Shown: piece by piece, positions 9,609-21,579 of the stretch
How the letters are laid out: every line of letters starts with the position of its first letter
How positions within the stretch are numbered: position 1 is the stretch's first letter
NCBI GenBank assembly: GCA_025558095.1
Contig: JAIVFI010000039.1
Location: 310,001 to 374,000, forward strand
DNA from: Hyaloraphidium curvatum SAG 235-1
Taxonomy: Eukaryota > Fungi > Monoblepharomycota
Reading direction: 5' to 3'
DNA: 64,000 nucleotides
Program-made: the position numbers and the translations under genes
Notes under the pieces: model-generated
The model's database searches: none
What the model saw: the letters and a program-made list of their open reading frames with translations, nothing else
Told to the model about the DNA's origin: nothing

Positions 9609-12600
9609 ATGCGCCGCATCCTCCCGCTACTGTTCCTCGCCGTGCTGCTCGGCGCCCGCGCCGCGCGCGGGATCCCGGTGCCCCCGGCGACCTCCCTCGC
9701 GAACCGGCAGAAGCTCCTCTGCGGAAGGTTCACCGACGCCGGCTTCGACGAGCTGTCGGCCGCCACCCTCCACATCGCCTGCGAGGTCCACAAGCCCGAC
9801 AACCACCGTCCGGACTGCGTCCTCCGCCAGGGCGTCCGGTACGCGGTGCAGAGCAACCTCACCTTCGGGCTGCTGCACATCCCGCCGAAAACCGTCGTCG
9901 AATACGCCGATTGCGGACCCAACGCGGCCTTCCGCCTCTCGGCGGAGCACATCATCGTCGACGGCACGCTCCGCGCGGGACGGGAGGGCGACCCGTACGA
10001 TTCCAAACTGAACATCACCCTCCGCGCCGGCGACGAGATCATCTACGGGGACGTGAACCCGCCCCTGCCGGCGGGGATGGCCGCCTACAAGGGCAACTTC
10101 GGGATCATCCCCGAGGTCGAGAACCCGGCCAGCAAGTTCATCGGCGTCCGCCCCGGGGGCACCCTCGACCTGCACGGTCTGCCCAAGCTGCCCTGGACCC
10201 GCATCTCCAGGACCGCCGCGAAAGGGCAGAGGCACCTCTGCCTTTCCGAGAAGGCGGCGCAGCTGGCGTGGCTCGTGGGCGACGAGCTCGCGCTGGCCCC
10301 CACGAACTACCGCGGGTACGACCAGGCGGAGCGCGCGCGGATCGCCAAGATCGACGACGCCAGCGCCGACTGCGCCGGGGGCACCAAGATCTCCCTCGAC
10401 CGCGCCCTGGCCTTCGACCACTACGGCGACGCCCTCGCCGACGGCGAGGACCCCCGCATGCGCGCCGAGGTGGCCAACCTGAACCGCAACGTGCTCCTCT
10501 GGGGCGCCCTGGACGACATCGCCAAGGACCCGCAGGGGATCGGACGGTACGGCATGCACACCCTGTTCCTGTACAACTCGACCGTCCGCCTGGACAACGT
10601 CGAGGTGGCCAACGGCGGGCAGGAGGGGCACATGGCCCGCTACCCGGTGCACTGGCACCTGGCGGGGCACTCGGCGGGGAGCTACATGAAAAACTCGAGC
10701 GTGCACGACAGCTTCCAGCGGTGCGTGTCGCTGCACGGGTCGTGGGGCGCGCTCGAGGTCAGGGACAACTCGTGCTTCGACATCACGGGGCACGCCGTGT
10801 ACTGGTGCGTGGACCGGTCTGCCGCTCATCCGCCCGATCTGACCATCCCCGCGGCGACAGGGAGAACGGGATCGAGGTCAACACCGTCGTGAAGGGCAAC
10901 CTGGTGATGCTCGTCCGCCCCGGCCAGCTGCTCTGCAGCGACAACGGCGAGGGCTACTACACCGACGAAAATTTCAATCGGACCATGAGCACCGGCGGCG
11001 CCAACGAAGGCCCTTCGGCCTTCTGGATCCTGAACGGGAATAACATCATCGAGGACAACGTCGCCGTGGCCGTGGGCAAGGGTCCCAACGAGGGGATCGG
11101 GTACTGGCTCGGTGGGTAGCTCCGTCCGAGTACTGCACGGCCCCGTTCCTGACCGCCCGTGCGCAGTCGTCCCGCAATTCATCATGTCCCCCTCGTACGA
11201 GTTCTTTGGCAACGCGACGGTGCAGCGCCTCCTCAACGTGCCGCCCGAGTACCCCACGCAGAACCCCACCGAGATCCCCATGCTCTCCTTCAAGAACAAC
11301 GTCGCGCACTCGATGTTCACGGGGTTCAAGGCCGACGGCATCCTGCGCTCCGCGGGGAACGACCCGGGGTCATGCGTCAAGGAGTCGGCGGGGGTGTGGA
11401 ACCCCAAAGGCGAGAACCGATTCGATGGCTACTTTGCCTGGAAGAACCAGGTCGGGCTGTGGATCAACTCGGAGAACGCGGTGTTCAAGGGGATGATCCT
11501 TTCGGACAACGTGCGGGGCGCCTACATCGAGAAGATCCAGGTGGGCGGCCGTCGCTCCAGTCTGCCGCACATCGAGGCAGCTCCTGACACCCTTTCCCTT
11601 GCGATCAGGTCAACCAGCTCGTGCCGCTGAAGCGCGCGTCCCTCCCCACCTGCTACCCCGTCTCGGGCCTCGCCGCCATGGAGCTCTGCTACCCGGCCTA
11701 CGCCGCCCCGCCCGAGGAGCCGGGCAGCTTCATCCGGTTCGAGGACACCGTGATCCGCGGGCGCACGGCCAACCAGGCCAAGTTCTACGAGAGCCCGTGC
11801 GCCTCGTACGCCACGAACCCCGAGAACGCGGACTGCCTGCTGTTCGGGCAGGTCGGCGTCATGATGAGCATGGGCTATGCGTACTTCGAGGGCGTCACGG
11901 CCTCGGGGTACGGGACCGGGAACGGGATGAATTACGGGCTGTTTGGGCACAAGGAGGATCCCGGGTACAACGTGGGGCCGTTCTATGTCAGCAACGTGAC
12001 GTATCTGGACGGGTCCAACCCGGTGTTCATGGACGACATGAACCAGTCGGGGTGGGTGCTTCGTCGTGAATACCATTGTCTTCGCTGACCGTGGTGCGCA
12101 TGCAGGATGTTTGTCCGGATGAAGGCCGGCGCGCTCAACAGCATGCTACACTCCCCCGACGGCACGCTGGCCAACCCCCGCATCGCTTCCCCCGAGCTCA
12201 AGGCCATCGTCGCCCAGCGCAGTGGCATCACCATCGCCCCCAAGTCGCCGTCCATGGTCGATGCGCGCTGGGAGAAGCGGTGCTACTGCCCACCCGAGTA
12301 CGGCTACGCGTGCGCGTGCCCCGGGGACATGCGCAGCATCTTCGTCGAGATCATGGCACCATTTGCCGAGCCGTTCAAGGAACAGTCGACCTTTGACAAG
12401 CCGGACACCGTCGACAGCAGGTGCAAGAGCCTCTCGCGCAACCAGCTCAACTCGAGCTGGGGTACGCAGCACGGCTGCTTGCAGGACACCACCACGTTTG
12501 CTTCAGGCGCCGACCTTGGCAACAAGTTCCTCATGCAGTGGGCGGGGGGCTCGGTACTGGGATCGACTTCCGTCAACGGCACGCTGGCGATCCATCCGCC

Positions 12601-13171
12601 GCGGAGGCTGCTGGGCCACCCGCCCGCCTTCAACCACACCGTGTCTTTCGCGATCAAGCAGCTCGGGCAGCACCCGGACATGGTGCAGCCCGGCGACTTT
12701 TGGGTTGGCGGGATCGTGTTCCCGCCCGACGCCAGGGTCAACGGGGTCTACTTGAACTTCCTGAGCACCTTCCTGGACACCTCTTCCCTCATCGAGCGCA
12801 AATTCGATGCCCAGCCCTGCTCGGATCTCTGCAAATGCTGCCCGATCCCCGGCAACACCATCAGCGTCACCCGCCCCACCTATGCGGCCAACACCCTCCC
12901 GGGATCGCTGTTCTACCCCGCCGCCGCGGACCCTTCCAAATCGCGGGACGGCACGGTGCAGGTGTTCAACAAGGCGGGATTGTTCCCGCGCGAGGCGAGC
13001 TCGTACGATGCGCTGGTCGCCGGGCCGCCGGTGGGGTGGTTCGTGGACAGGAGAGAGGGGAGGACGGTGCTTTGGGCCAAGTTTGGTTGGACGGCCCAGG
13101 CGGTGAACGCGACGGCAAAGCCGGTGTTTCCATCGGATCCGACGCTGTCGTTCTTCGTGAACTTAGCGTGA
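9609..13171 (+). CDS. Secreted G8-domain / beta-helix protein, TMEM2/CEMIP/PKHD1L1-like (copy A, 4 introns)
   Basis: Signal peptide MRRILPLLFLAVLLGARA; G8 motifs IIVDGTLRAG..P..SKLNITL and GGTLDLHG; RAEVANLNRNV, ARYPVHWHLAG, SVHDSFQRCVSLHG, GHAVYWENGIE and PSAFWILN. Confidence 0.88.
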
Positions 13172-13235
13172 TGTGTGCTTTTCTGTCTATGATTACTACG
13201 CGTGTCTTGCTCGGAAGAAACATGTTCCCGCTGAC

Positions 13236-16200
13236 TCATGCAAACACGTCCGCGACGTACCGCGTCTTCTCTCTCTCCATCGTCGCGAGCCACTTCTCAG
13301 CCTCCTCTTCCCCGGCCCCCGTCGCCTCCCTGTACATGTGCAGGCATTCCGCGCGCACCGCGGGAGCCAATCGCCTGGCATCTCCGCACAGGAAGAAGTC
13401 GGCGCCGGCCTTGACGAGCTCCGCGACCTCGCTGCGGTGGTTCCAAAGGCGATTTTGCACGTACTTTGCTCCTCCACTGATTTCCGGCTTGCTCGAGAAC
13501 GCAGGGCGGAGGGAGACGATCCCCTGCTTCTCCAGCGCCTCCAGCTCCTCCCGGTAGATGAAGTCCACGTCGGGCGCGTCGCACCCGACAAAGAGCAACG
13601 TTGGCGCCGGCGCCTTCCTCTCCTGCGCCGCGCGCAGCGCACGATCCTGAAGGAACCCGCGGAATGGCGCGAAGCCGGTGCCGGCGCAGACCATGATCGC
13701 CGGCACGTCCACCGGAGGCGGGTGGAAGGCCGCGCGCGAGGGGCGCACCTCAACGGGGATCATGGATCCGGGGCGCAGGGACGCGAGGTGGGTCGACGAG
13801 CTCCCGCGGTGGCGGCGGCCGGAACCCGAAAGATGCGGGGCGTCGAGCACGGCGACGGTCAGCGTGCAGTGGGAAGGGCTCCAAAGGGGGGATGAGGAGA
13901 TGGAGTACTGCCGTTGCTTGAGGGCAGGGAGCATGTGTATGAACTCTGCGAATCCGAGCTTGGCCGAAGGGAACTTCTCCAGAAGGTCGAGCAGCGAGAG
14001 GCGCTTGGCGAGAATCTTGGACTCGTAGCCTTCGCCGGCCAGGTCGGCCAGCGCGGCGCGGTCTGCTTCGGATGTCGCCGACTTGAGCACTTCTGCGACG
14101 TTTGTTTTCGTCGCCGGCGCGGAGAGCTCGACGTAGGCAGACAGGAGCTCTCCGACCGACACCGGCTTCCCGACCGGGAGCCCCACGGCATCCTCGACGT
14201 CCGCCCTTATGACCACCTGCGCGTCGTACGCGAACGAAAACAGCTGTAGCGCCCGATCCACCTGCTCGGACGGGTTCAGGGGCAGCACCGCCAGGTAGTC
14301 GCCGGCGCGGTAGGTCATGCCCCGGGGGAGAGCGATTTCCACGTGTCGCTTCGACCGCCCGCCCGCGGCGGTGTTGACGAGCTCGCGATTGGCCACGATC
14401 ATGCCCATCGGCATTCCGGCGTAGCGCAGCACGGGCGAGCTTGAGTGCTCCTTGAGGAACTCGATCTCGAAGGGGTGGTGCGCTGACGCCGCAGCCGGCG
14501 CGTGGGGCAGGCCTGAGCTTTCCGCGAGCGACGGCCAGAAGCGCGGGATCCAGGCGTCAAAGGCGCCGAAGAAGTCGCCGTGCGCGTCCGACTCCCCGCG
14601 GGCCGTGATGCGGGTCCCCCCGAGCTCCTCGAGGCGGCGATCGACCTTGATGGGCACGCTCTGGAACGTCCGCGCCCAGTCGCTGTTCCCGGCGCCGTAG
14701 ACCGCGTAGCGCAGCCCTTCGAGCGGCTTGCCCTCGAGCTTGTCGAGCCAGGCAACGAACTGCGCGGCGTTCTCGGGCGGCAGCCCTTCGTACGACGCGG
14801 TCACCACCACGAGCGGGGCGTCCTTGGCGAGCTTGCGGGCGAGAGCGTCGAGCGGCACCACGGTCGGTGCGTAGCCGTGCCGTGGCGCGGCCGCCGCGAT
14901 CCGGCGGGCGAGGTCCTCGGCCGACCCCGCGTTGGACCCGAACGCGACCGTCATCGGCAGCCGGGTGGCGGCGTCGCTCGAAGCGCCGGTGGCTGGGGCG
15001 GCCTCGATCGCGGGGCTCGCGTCCTTGCTTTGCACGGCGGCGCCGATGGCCGTTGCCGACGTGCCGACCTGCGTGTCGCGGCGCTTCACGTTGATGAACA
15101 GCCCCGCGGGCCTCAGACCCAATGCCTCGGCCATCTCGAACTTGTAGCCCTCGGCCTGGGCGACGTCGAATCGACGCAGCATCATCGCCAGGAACAGCGT
15201 GCTCTCCATGAGGGCCAATGGACGGCCGATGCAGATGCGGCCGCCGTTCCCGAATGGCTTGTAGGCGCCTGCCGGGATCTTGCTTGCATTCTCGAACGTG
15301 AACCGCTCCGGGTCGAACCTGAGCGGGTCTTTGAACACCCTCGGGTCGCGGTGGAGGGTGGGCGACAGCACGTAGATGGAGTCCGTGTTGCGCACAAGGT
15401 ACTGGCCGCCAATGAGGGTCTCCTCCTCGCGCGGGAAGACGGCAAAGCCGGGCGTCGTCGGCCACAGGCGCACGGTCTCTTTGAGCACCTTGTCGATGAA
15501 AGTGAGCTTGGCGAGGTGGTCGAAGCGCGGCCGTTCGGCCCCCAGCACGCGGTCCACCTCCTCCCGTGCGCGCGCCAGCGCGTCCGGGTTCTGCAGGAGG
15601 AAGTGCGTGGCGATGCTCATGAGGCCGGCGGTGTTTTCACCCCCCGCGATGAAGAACGTGGCGATCTGGAACCTGATGTTCTCGTCCGGCAGGGTCTCCC
15701 CGGTTTTGGGATCTTGGGCGTAGAGCATGGCGTTGAGTGCGTCCTTCTTGTCCGGCTCCGGGTGCGCACGCCGGTGGGCAATCAGGTCGTCCGCCACGCG
15801 GTGCGCAAGGCTGATGTCGTCGCGGTACTGGTGGCTGATGAGGTCCTCGACCTTGGTCATGAGCGCCGGGTGCGCAGCCCGGTTGGCGGTGGCGCCCATC
15901 ACCCGTGAGATTGCAGCGACGAAGGGGTGCATCTTCTCCGAGTAGAGCGAGTTGAATCGGAAGCCCAAGGCGCTGAGCCCGACCGTGTCGATGGCCACGC
16001 GGGTCGTGCTGTCAAGAAGCTGGCAGCCGGACAGGATCAGGTTGGAAATCGAGGCGCACGCCGCGGACACCCACGTCGATGCGGGTGCCGTCCTCCATCC
16101 GCTCCCACTTGAGCATGAGCTGCTCCACGATGTCATGCGCCGGCTCGAACATGTTGGCCAAGCCTGCCGGCCCGAAAGCAGGGGCGAGGATGCGCCGAGC

Positions 16201-16709
16201 CTGTGTGCCGGGACCGTTCACTGGGTGTCAGCGCTGCGGCTGGTTGGAGGCATGGTACGCCGACACCTGCCTTGCCCCACAAGGGGTCTTCCGTCTCCGC
16301 GTTCGCCAGGCCGTTGCCTGTCAAATCACGCAAACTCTGCAGCGGGCCGGTGATCCGCTTCTGGAACCGCGTCTCGTCCGAAACTTCGGCTGCCAACTCG
16401 TACGACGTCCTAAGTTTGCTCTGTGAGCTGCGGAACGTGCACGTTCAAGGACGGGGGTGCTCACACGAGGAACAAATTGTCGCCGAAGAGCTCGAGCTTG
16501 TAAATAGGTCCGTACTTCTCGGCCAGCCTCATCATGCCCTGAATCGGCGCCTTCGGGTCCATGTCCAGGAGATTGCCCAGGAGCGGGAGGGGCCGCGGGC
16601 CGGGAACGGCGGCAGCCTTCGCGAAGGCGCGCGGCCGTTCCCGCTGGGAGACACCGAAGGCACGCGCGGCGCCGGCGAGCGCCGTGGTCGCCCGCGCCAT
16701 TGCTCTCAT
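13236..16709 (-). CDS. Self-sufficient cytochrome P450 / NADPH-P450 reductase fusion (CYP102/CYP505 type)
   Basis: PGPRPLPLLGNL, ETVRLWP, PERF, heme motif PFGNGGRICIG, flavodoxin GSNAGSAE and TASYEG, FAD/NADPH motifs RQYSISSSP, AGTGFAPFRGF and LCGD. Three short introns, all at the 5' end. Confidence 0.96.
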
Positions 16710-17106
16710 ATTGCCAAAGGCAACACGGCTCCCTCTGGGAGCACCGCAGTCGCGCGACGCGAGCCGTTTGGAGGTTGAGATAAAGTCGCTGCTGCGGCGG
16801 CAGATTTTCTGCGGAGAACAACCGTCTATAGCCGCCCGCCGATCCCCCGCGGTCGAAGATCAACAACAGCGAAAAAGTGTTCATGTACACTTCACGGCTG
16901 GAAGCCGTAAAGCTGAAGGCAGCGGCTTGCGTCTGTTGCATGTCGCATACCCGAAGGTCGTCGAGCGTCGTCCGTCCTTCGGTCTGAAATGCAAGGCATG
17001 CCGCACATATACTTGATTTTCGATCGATTGAGGTCGGAAACTACTCTCGTACGTTCCTTACAACAGCGCGGGTTTCAGTCGCACAGCCGCGGAGCCCCGT
17101 GGCGTC

Positions 17107-17124
17107 GAGTCACACAGGAGTCAC
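17107..17124 (+). promoter_or_regulatory. Paired GAGTCAC elements upstream of SDR copy A (also kept upstream of copy B, 48719-48735)
   Basis: gagtcac-acag-gagtcac about 20-40 nt before the ATG; the same doublet precedes the paralog. Confidence 0.35.
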
Positions 17125-17144
17125 CGCTCCGAACAACACCCAGA

Positions 17145-18131
17145 ATGCCTGTCCACTTCCCCGATTACGAGCACGAGCTCAACGACGCCTCGGCCGGCCG
17201 CGCACCCGGTCTGGGCCGGCTCGCCGGCAAGCGCATTCTCGTCGTCGCCGGCGGCCAGCGCGCCGTCCCCGGCGAGGAGCCGGCGACGAGCCCGCCCGGC
17301 AACGGGAGGGCGATTTCCATCATCTGCGGCAGGGAGGGCGCTGCTGTAGCCGTGCACAACAGGACGCAGGAAGGGGCCGAGGCCACGGCCGAGCTGGTCA
17401 GGCAGGAGCAGGCTTGCCCCAAAGCCGTTGCCCTCGCGGGAGACGTCGCTGGTGCGTTCCCTCATCGCGAATGCCCCGCCGTCGACTGAAAATCATCATT
17501 GCATTCAGACGAAGAAAACGTCAAGCGGATCGTCAAGGGGGCCGTGGAGCAGCTCGGCGGCCCTCTTGACGGCCTGGTCATCAACGTCGCGACGGTTTTC
17601 CCCACCCCCGGCCTCGAGCTCGACCTCAAGGTCCTCGACGAAGTCATGCGCGTTAATTTCACCTCCCACGTAGCGTTCCTCAAGCACGCCTTGCCGCACC
17701 TCCGCCCTGGCGCCTCCATCATTCTGATATCCTCTGCCTCTTACGCCCCGCTCTCGTCCGGTAACATCCCCTACGACTGCAGCAAGGCGGCTCTCGAGGG
17801 CCTCCTCCGCAACGCCGGCGCGCAGCTCGCACCCTCGGGGACGCGTGTCAACGTGCTGAGGATCGGGGGCGTCGACACGCCGCTGGGCCGTGTGGCGAAC
17901 AAGCTCAACCCCGGAAGAATGCAGACCAACGTGCCGCTGCAGTCGAGGCTGGGGACACCGTGGGAGCAGGCTTACTTCGCCCTGTTCCTGCTTTCGGACG
18001 AGTCGGCGTACGGTGGGTCCTGAGCTGGCTCTCTTGTGATCCGCCGGCTCATTCGGCAGCCAGTGACCGGACAGGTGCACACATGCGACGGCGGGGCCAC
18101 AACGCTGCGCAGCGTCTACGGGAGCGTCTGA
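17145..18131 (+). CDS. Short-chain dehydrogenase/reductase, bacterial-like (copy A, 2 introns)
   Basis: GRLAGKRILVVAGGQ...GNGRAISII, LDGLVINV, YDCSKAA (YxxxK), GTRVNVL, RLGTPWE and VTGQVHTCDGG. Confidence 0.92.
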
Positions 18132-18398
18132 GCGCGGCAGATGCACACACGGTCTTTTGTCTTGAGCTGATTCGCGAGCAAGAAGGAATGAAGGTCCAGC
18201 CTGCGAGCTCGAAACGCTTTCTTTTCCCTTCGTTACTGTCCGGCATAGCATGTGTGGGGATGCCTGTGTCTGCATCCGGAATAAGGACGGCGACGGGACG
18301 AGGACGATGCAGGGACGTGTGAGCGATCGGGCCGGGATCGATTGCCTCCCACTCATCCGCCACCCCGGAACAGCCGCCGACATCCCCGTGTCCCAAAA

Positions 18399-19726
18399 AT
18401 GTCCAACTGGAAGGGCAAGGTCGTCCTCGTCTCGGGCGGCTCCCGCGGCATCGGCCTCGCCACTGCCATCCGGCTCGCCAAGGAGGGCGCGAAAATCGCC
18501 ATCACCGGCAAGACGGCTGACCCGCACGCCAAGCTTCCGGGAACCATTTACTCGGCCGCCGGTGGGGCCCAGCTACAACTCGGGCAACGTGGACGGCGGA
18601 GCTGACGGCGTGTCGCGTGGAATCCGTGGGGCAGACGACTGCAAGGCCGCGGGGGCGACGGACACCATGGCGATCCCGTGCGACGTGAGGGACGAGAAGC
18701 AGGTCAACAACGCCGTGGAGCAGGTCGTGAAGCGCTGGGGAGGCATCGGTGGGCTGGGTTCGGGTGCCCGGGGGACTGCGCACGGATTCACCTATTCGCC
18801 TTCTCGTTCCCACCCTCCCCTTCGCCTGGCGGGCGTTCTCTCTCGCCCTCAATCAGACGTGCTCATCAACAACGCGTCTGCTATCAGCGTCACGCCGACC
18901 GAACAGCTGGGCTCCAAGGTGCCGCCGATCTCGATGACCGCAACGTCCGCCGACTGACTTTGCCGTTCCCATTGCTTTCTCGACCGCCGTTCCTATTGTT
19001 CTCGCAACGAGATGTTCGATTTGATGAACGCCATCAACAGGTGTGGCCGATCTCAATAACTGCGATGTCGGGCGATTGAGCTTTGCTGTTCTTCCAGTCG
19101 TGGTACCTGGCTCGTAACCAAGGCCTGCATTCCCCACCTCAAGGCCTCGGCCAAGGCCGGCCGCCAACCGCACATCCTGAGCATGTGCCCGCCCATCATC
19201 ACGGACCCCGAGATCCTTGGCCGGGGCACGGCGTACCTCACCGCCAAGATGGCCATGTCGATGGGCGTGCTCGGCCACTCGGGGGAGCTGCGCGAGGCGG
19301 GCGTGGGGGTCAACGGGCTGTGGCCGCGGTACGCCGTCTACACGGGTGGGATTGCAGCCGGCTTGAACCCTGTAGCCGAGCTTCTGACGCTCGTCGCTCT
19401 GCGGATCCGCAGCCGCCATCCGCATGATCGCGGGCGAGTCCACGGCACCCTACTGCCTGACCCCGGACGTGCACGCCGACGCGGCCTTCGTCATCCTCTC
19501 CCAGGACCCGAAGGCGTACTCCGGCCAGCTTACTATCGACACCGTCGTGCTCGAGTCCCAGGGGATCACCGACATCACGCCCTACAAGGTGGACAAGACC
19601 AAGAGGGACTCGGAGCTCAACGGTGTCACGATGATCCCGGAGAACTACAAGTTCAAGCTGCCGCCGAAGAAGGTTCTGTCGACGCCGTCGCAGAACCTGC
19701 TCGAGAGGTCGAACAGCAGGTTGTAA
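18399..19726 (+). CDS. HSDL2-like short-chain dehydrogenase with C-terminal PTS1 (SRL)
   Basis: VSGGSRGIG, GKTADPHAKLPGTIYSAA (HSDL2 signature), INNASAI, AYLTAKMAMS and VNGLWP. Five short introns; protein ends NSRL*. Confidence 0.9.
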
Positions 19727-19851
19727 GCGCCGCCAAACAAGGCCTCCGATGAATAGATTCGACACGATCGGAATTATGGCCTGCGATAGAGGTCTGATCG
19801 GGGTGCGCGGACGCTGCCGTGCTGGGCGGATGATCGGCGGAGCTTCCAACC

Positions 19852-21447
19852 ATGGCAGACACCGAGGCCGGGCCCGAATCCTCCCCTGCGGGCGACGCCG
19901 CCACCTTCAGTGCGGCGGAATGGCTCGCTTTGCTTCCGGCCGCGGCACCTCGTGGGCGTCCGCAGCCGTGGGAGCGCCGCCGCGCGTCGCCGGACCCGCC
20001 CCGTGCCGCGGCCGCGCGCCGTGCAGACCCTTTGACGGAGACGCGGCTGCTCGCACTGCTCGCCCCCTCACCGGCACTGCGGCGATGGGTCGCCGTGCAG
20101 CTCGCGCTGCAGAGGGCGACGGGGCGCTTCTGGACCGCGCACTGGATTGCAAGCGTGCTGTTCCGCGTCGCGGTGTTCATGGCCATCCCGCTGGCTGCCG
20201 ACGTCGTCGCCCGGGGCATCTTTTCGCAGCGGCATCTGGTCACCGCCTTGGTGGCACAGACGTTTGTCTCCTTGGCATACGTCGTGGCGAACGTTCGCAG
20301 CGGTTTGCTTCAGCAGCGACTCGCGGAGGAGCTTAATCGAGATGGGGGCGACGAAGGCAAGGGCGAGGACGGCAGCGAAATGAGCAGCGGAGCGTCGTCG
20401 GACGAGGACGCAGTGTTGGACCGCACGGACTACGCGTTGGTGGCGAGATGGCTGCAGGCGTGCTCGTCTGAGGCGCCGGGCATGCTCGTTGCCCACTGCT
20501 CTTCCGATCCTTTCTGTCCCTGTGCACGCCAATTGTGCCTGGGGCACGTCCCAGGTAGAGCTTTCACGGTCTGGGCTATGCAAGGCTTCCTCACCGCGGC
20601 TGTGATCGCCCTTGCGTTTTCTTTTTTCGAAGCCTACACGCAATACGTCACGCTTGCGTGGTTCACATGGACGCACACCTGGAGCGCCGTGCTCGCGGCC
20701 CTGTGCCTCTTTGCGACGTCGACCTTTGCTTTGATATCTGGGTTCTCTCATCCATGGTCTAAGAGCTTCCCTGTGCTCACGCTCGAGGGGCGCCTTCAGC
20801 GTCGCGCCGTCAGCATCGCCCTTGGTACCCTCGTTTCTGATTTCCAAGGCGCAGCCGCGGAACCGGACGGCGCCCTCGCCGCCGCGGTATCCTCCGATGC
20901 CCCTCGCTTCAAATCGGACTCATCACTAGACTCTGTTGTCTACCGAGCCCTCACTCCCGTCCTTTCCTCCCGTTTCGCCGCCTTCCGTCTGGGCCGCACC
21001 ACCCGTTTCGTCTGGATCGTGCTGGACCTCATCACAATGCTCATCTACCTCGTGGGCTCCTCATGCATCCCGGCCTACATACTCACCTGGCTCCTTTACA
21101 ATGTGCTCTATCTGCTGTGGGATCTCTCGCTCGTCGCCGTCGCCAACTCGGACGCCGCGGCGATCGGCGCCGCCTACCTATCCGCGCGCAACGAGCTGCG
21201 CCGGCTCCTGGTCGTCGTCCCGCCGCGCCACGAGGCGCTCCGTGCCGCCCTGCAGGACCGGGAGCGCGCGCTGGATGCCGTGCTCGCCGAGACGGCGGCC
21301 TTTGGCGCCGCGTTCGCAGGCGTCAGGGTGACCCCCGGCGTGGTGAGGACGGTCGGGGCGACCCTGTGCACGGTCGCGATCGGCGTGTACGGGTTGATGC
21401 GCGGGAGCGGGGTGTCGGTGGAGCTCGGGAGCATATGCTCGGGCTAG
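19852..21447 (+). CDS. 7-TM membrane protein, candidate gustatory-receptor-like (7TMIC) family; paralog of 24280-25941
   Basis: 531-aa single-exon ORF with about seven hydrophobic segments. Shares EWLAL, PLTE, CPC...C, G..CIP and the C-terminal pattern with its paralog. Confidence 0.75.
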   Translation: MADTEAGPESSPAGDAATFSAAEWLALLPAAAPRGRPQPWERRRASPDPPRAAAARRADPLTETRLLALLAPSPALRRWVAVQLALQRATGRFWTAHWIASVLFRVAVFMAIPLAADVVARGIFSQRHLVTALVAQTFVSLAYVVANVRSGLLQQRLAEELNRDGGDEGKGEDGSEMSSGASSDEDAVLDRTDYALVARWLQACSSEAPGMLVAHCSSDPFCPCARQLCLGHVPGRAFTVWAMQGFLTAAVIALAFSFFEAYTQYVTLAWFTWTHTWSAVLAALCLFATSTFALISGFSHPWSKSFPVLTLEGRLQRRAVSIALGTLVSDFQGAAAEPDGALAAAVSSDAPRFKSDSSLDSVVYRALTPVLSSRFAAFRLGRTTRFVWIVLDLITMLIYLVGSSCIPAYILTWLLYNVLYLLWDLSLVAVANSDAAAIGAAYLSARNELRRLLVVVPPRHEALRAALQDRERALDAVLAETAAFGAAFAGVRVTPGVVRTVGATLCTVAIGVYGLMRGSGVSVELGSICSG

Positions 21448-21579
21448 GTTGGGGTTCAGGGCTTCGGTGTTCACTGTATCTCTGTTTCAGAGGCAGTTTA
21501 CTGCCTTATTACACTAAACTATAACGTACGTAACTTTGACTCGATAGAACGGAACGTACTGATAAACGCAAACGTTTCT

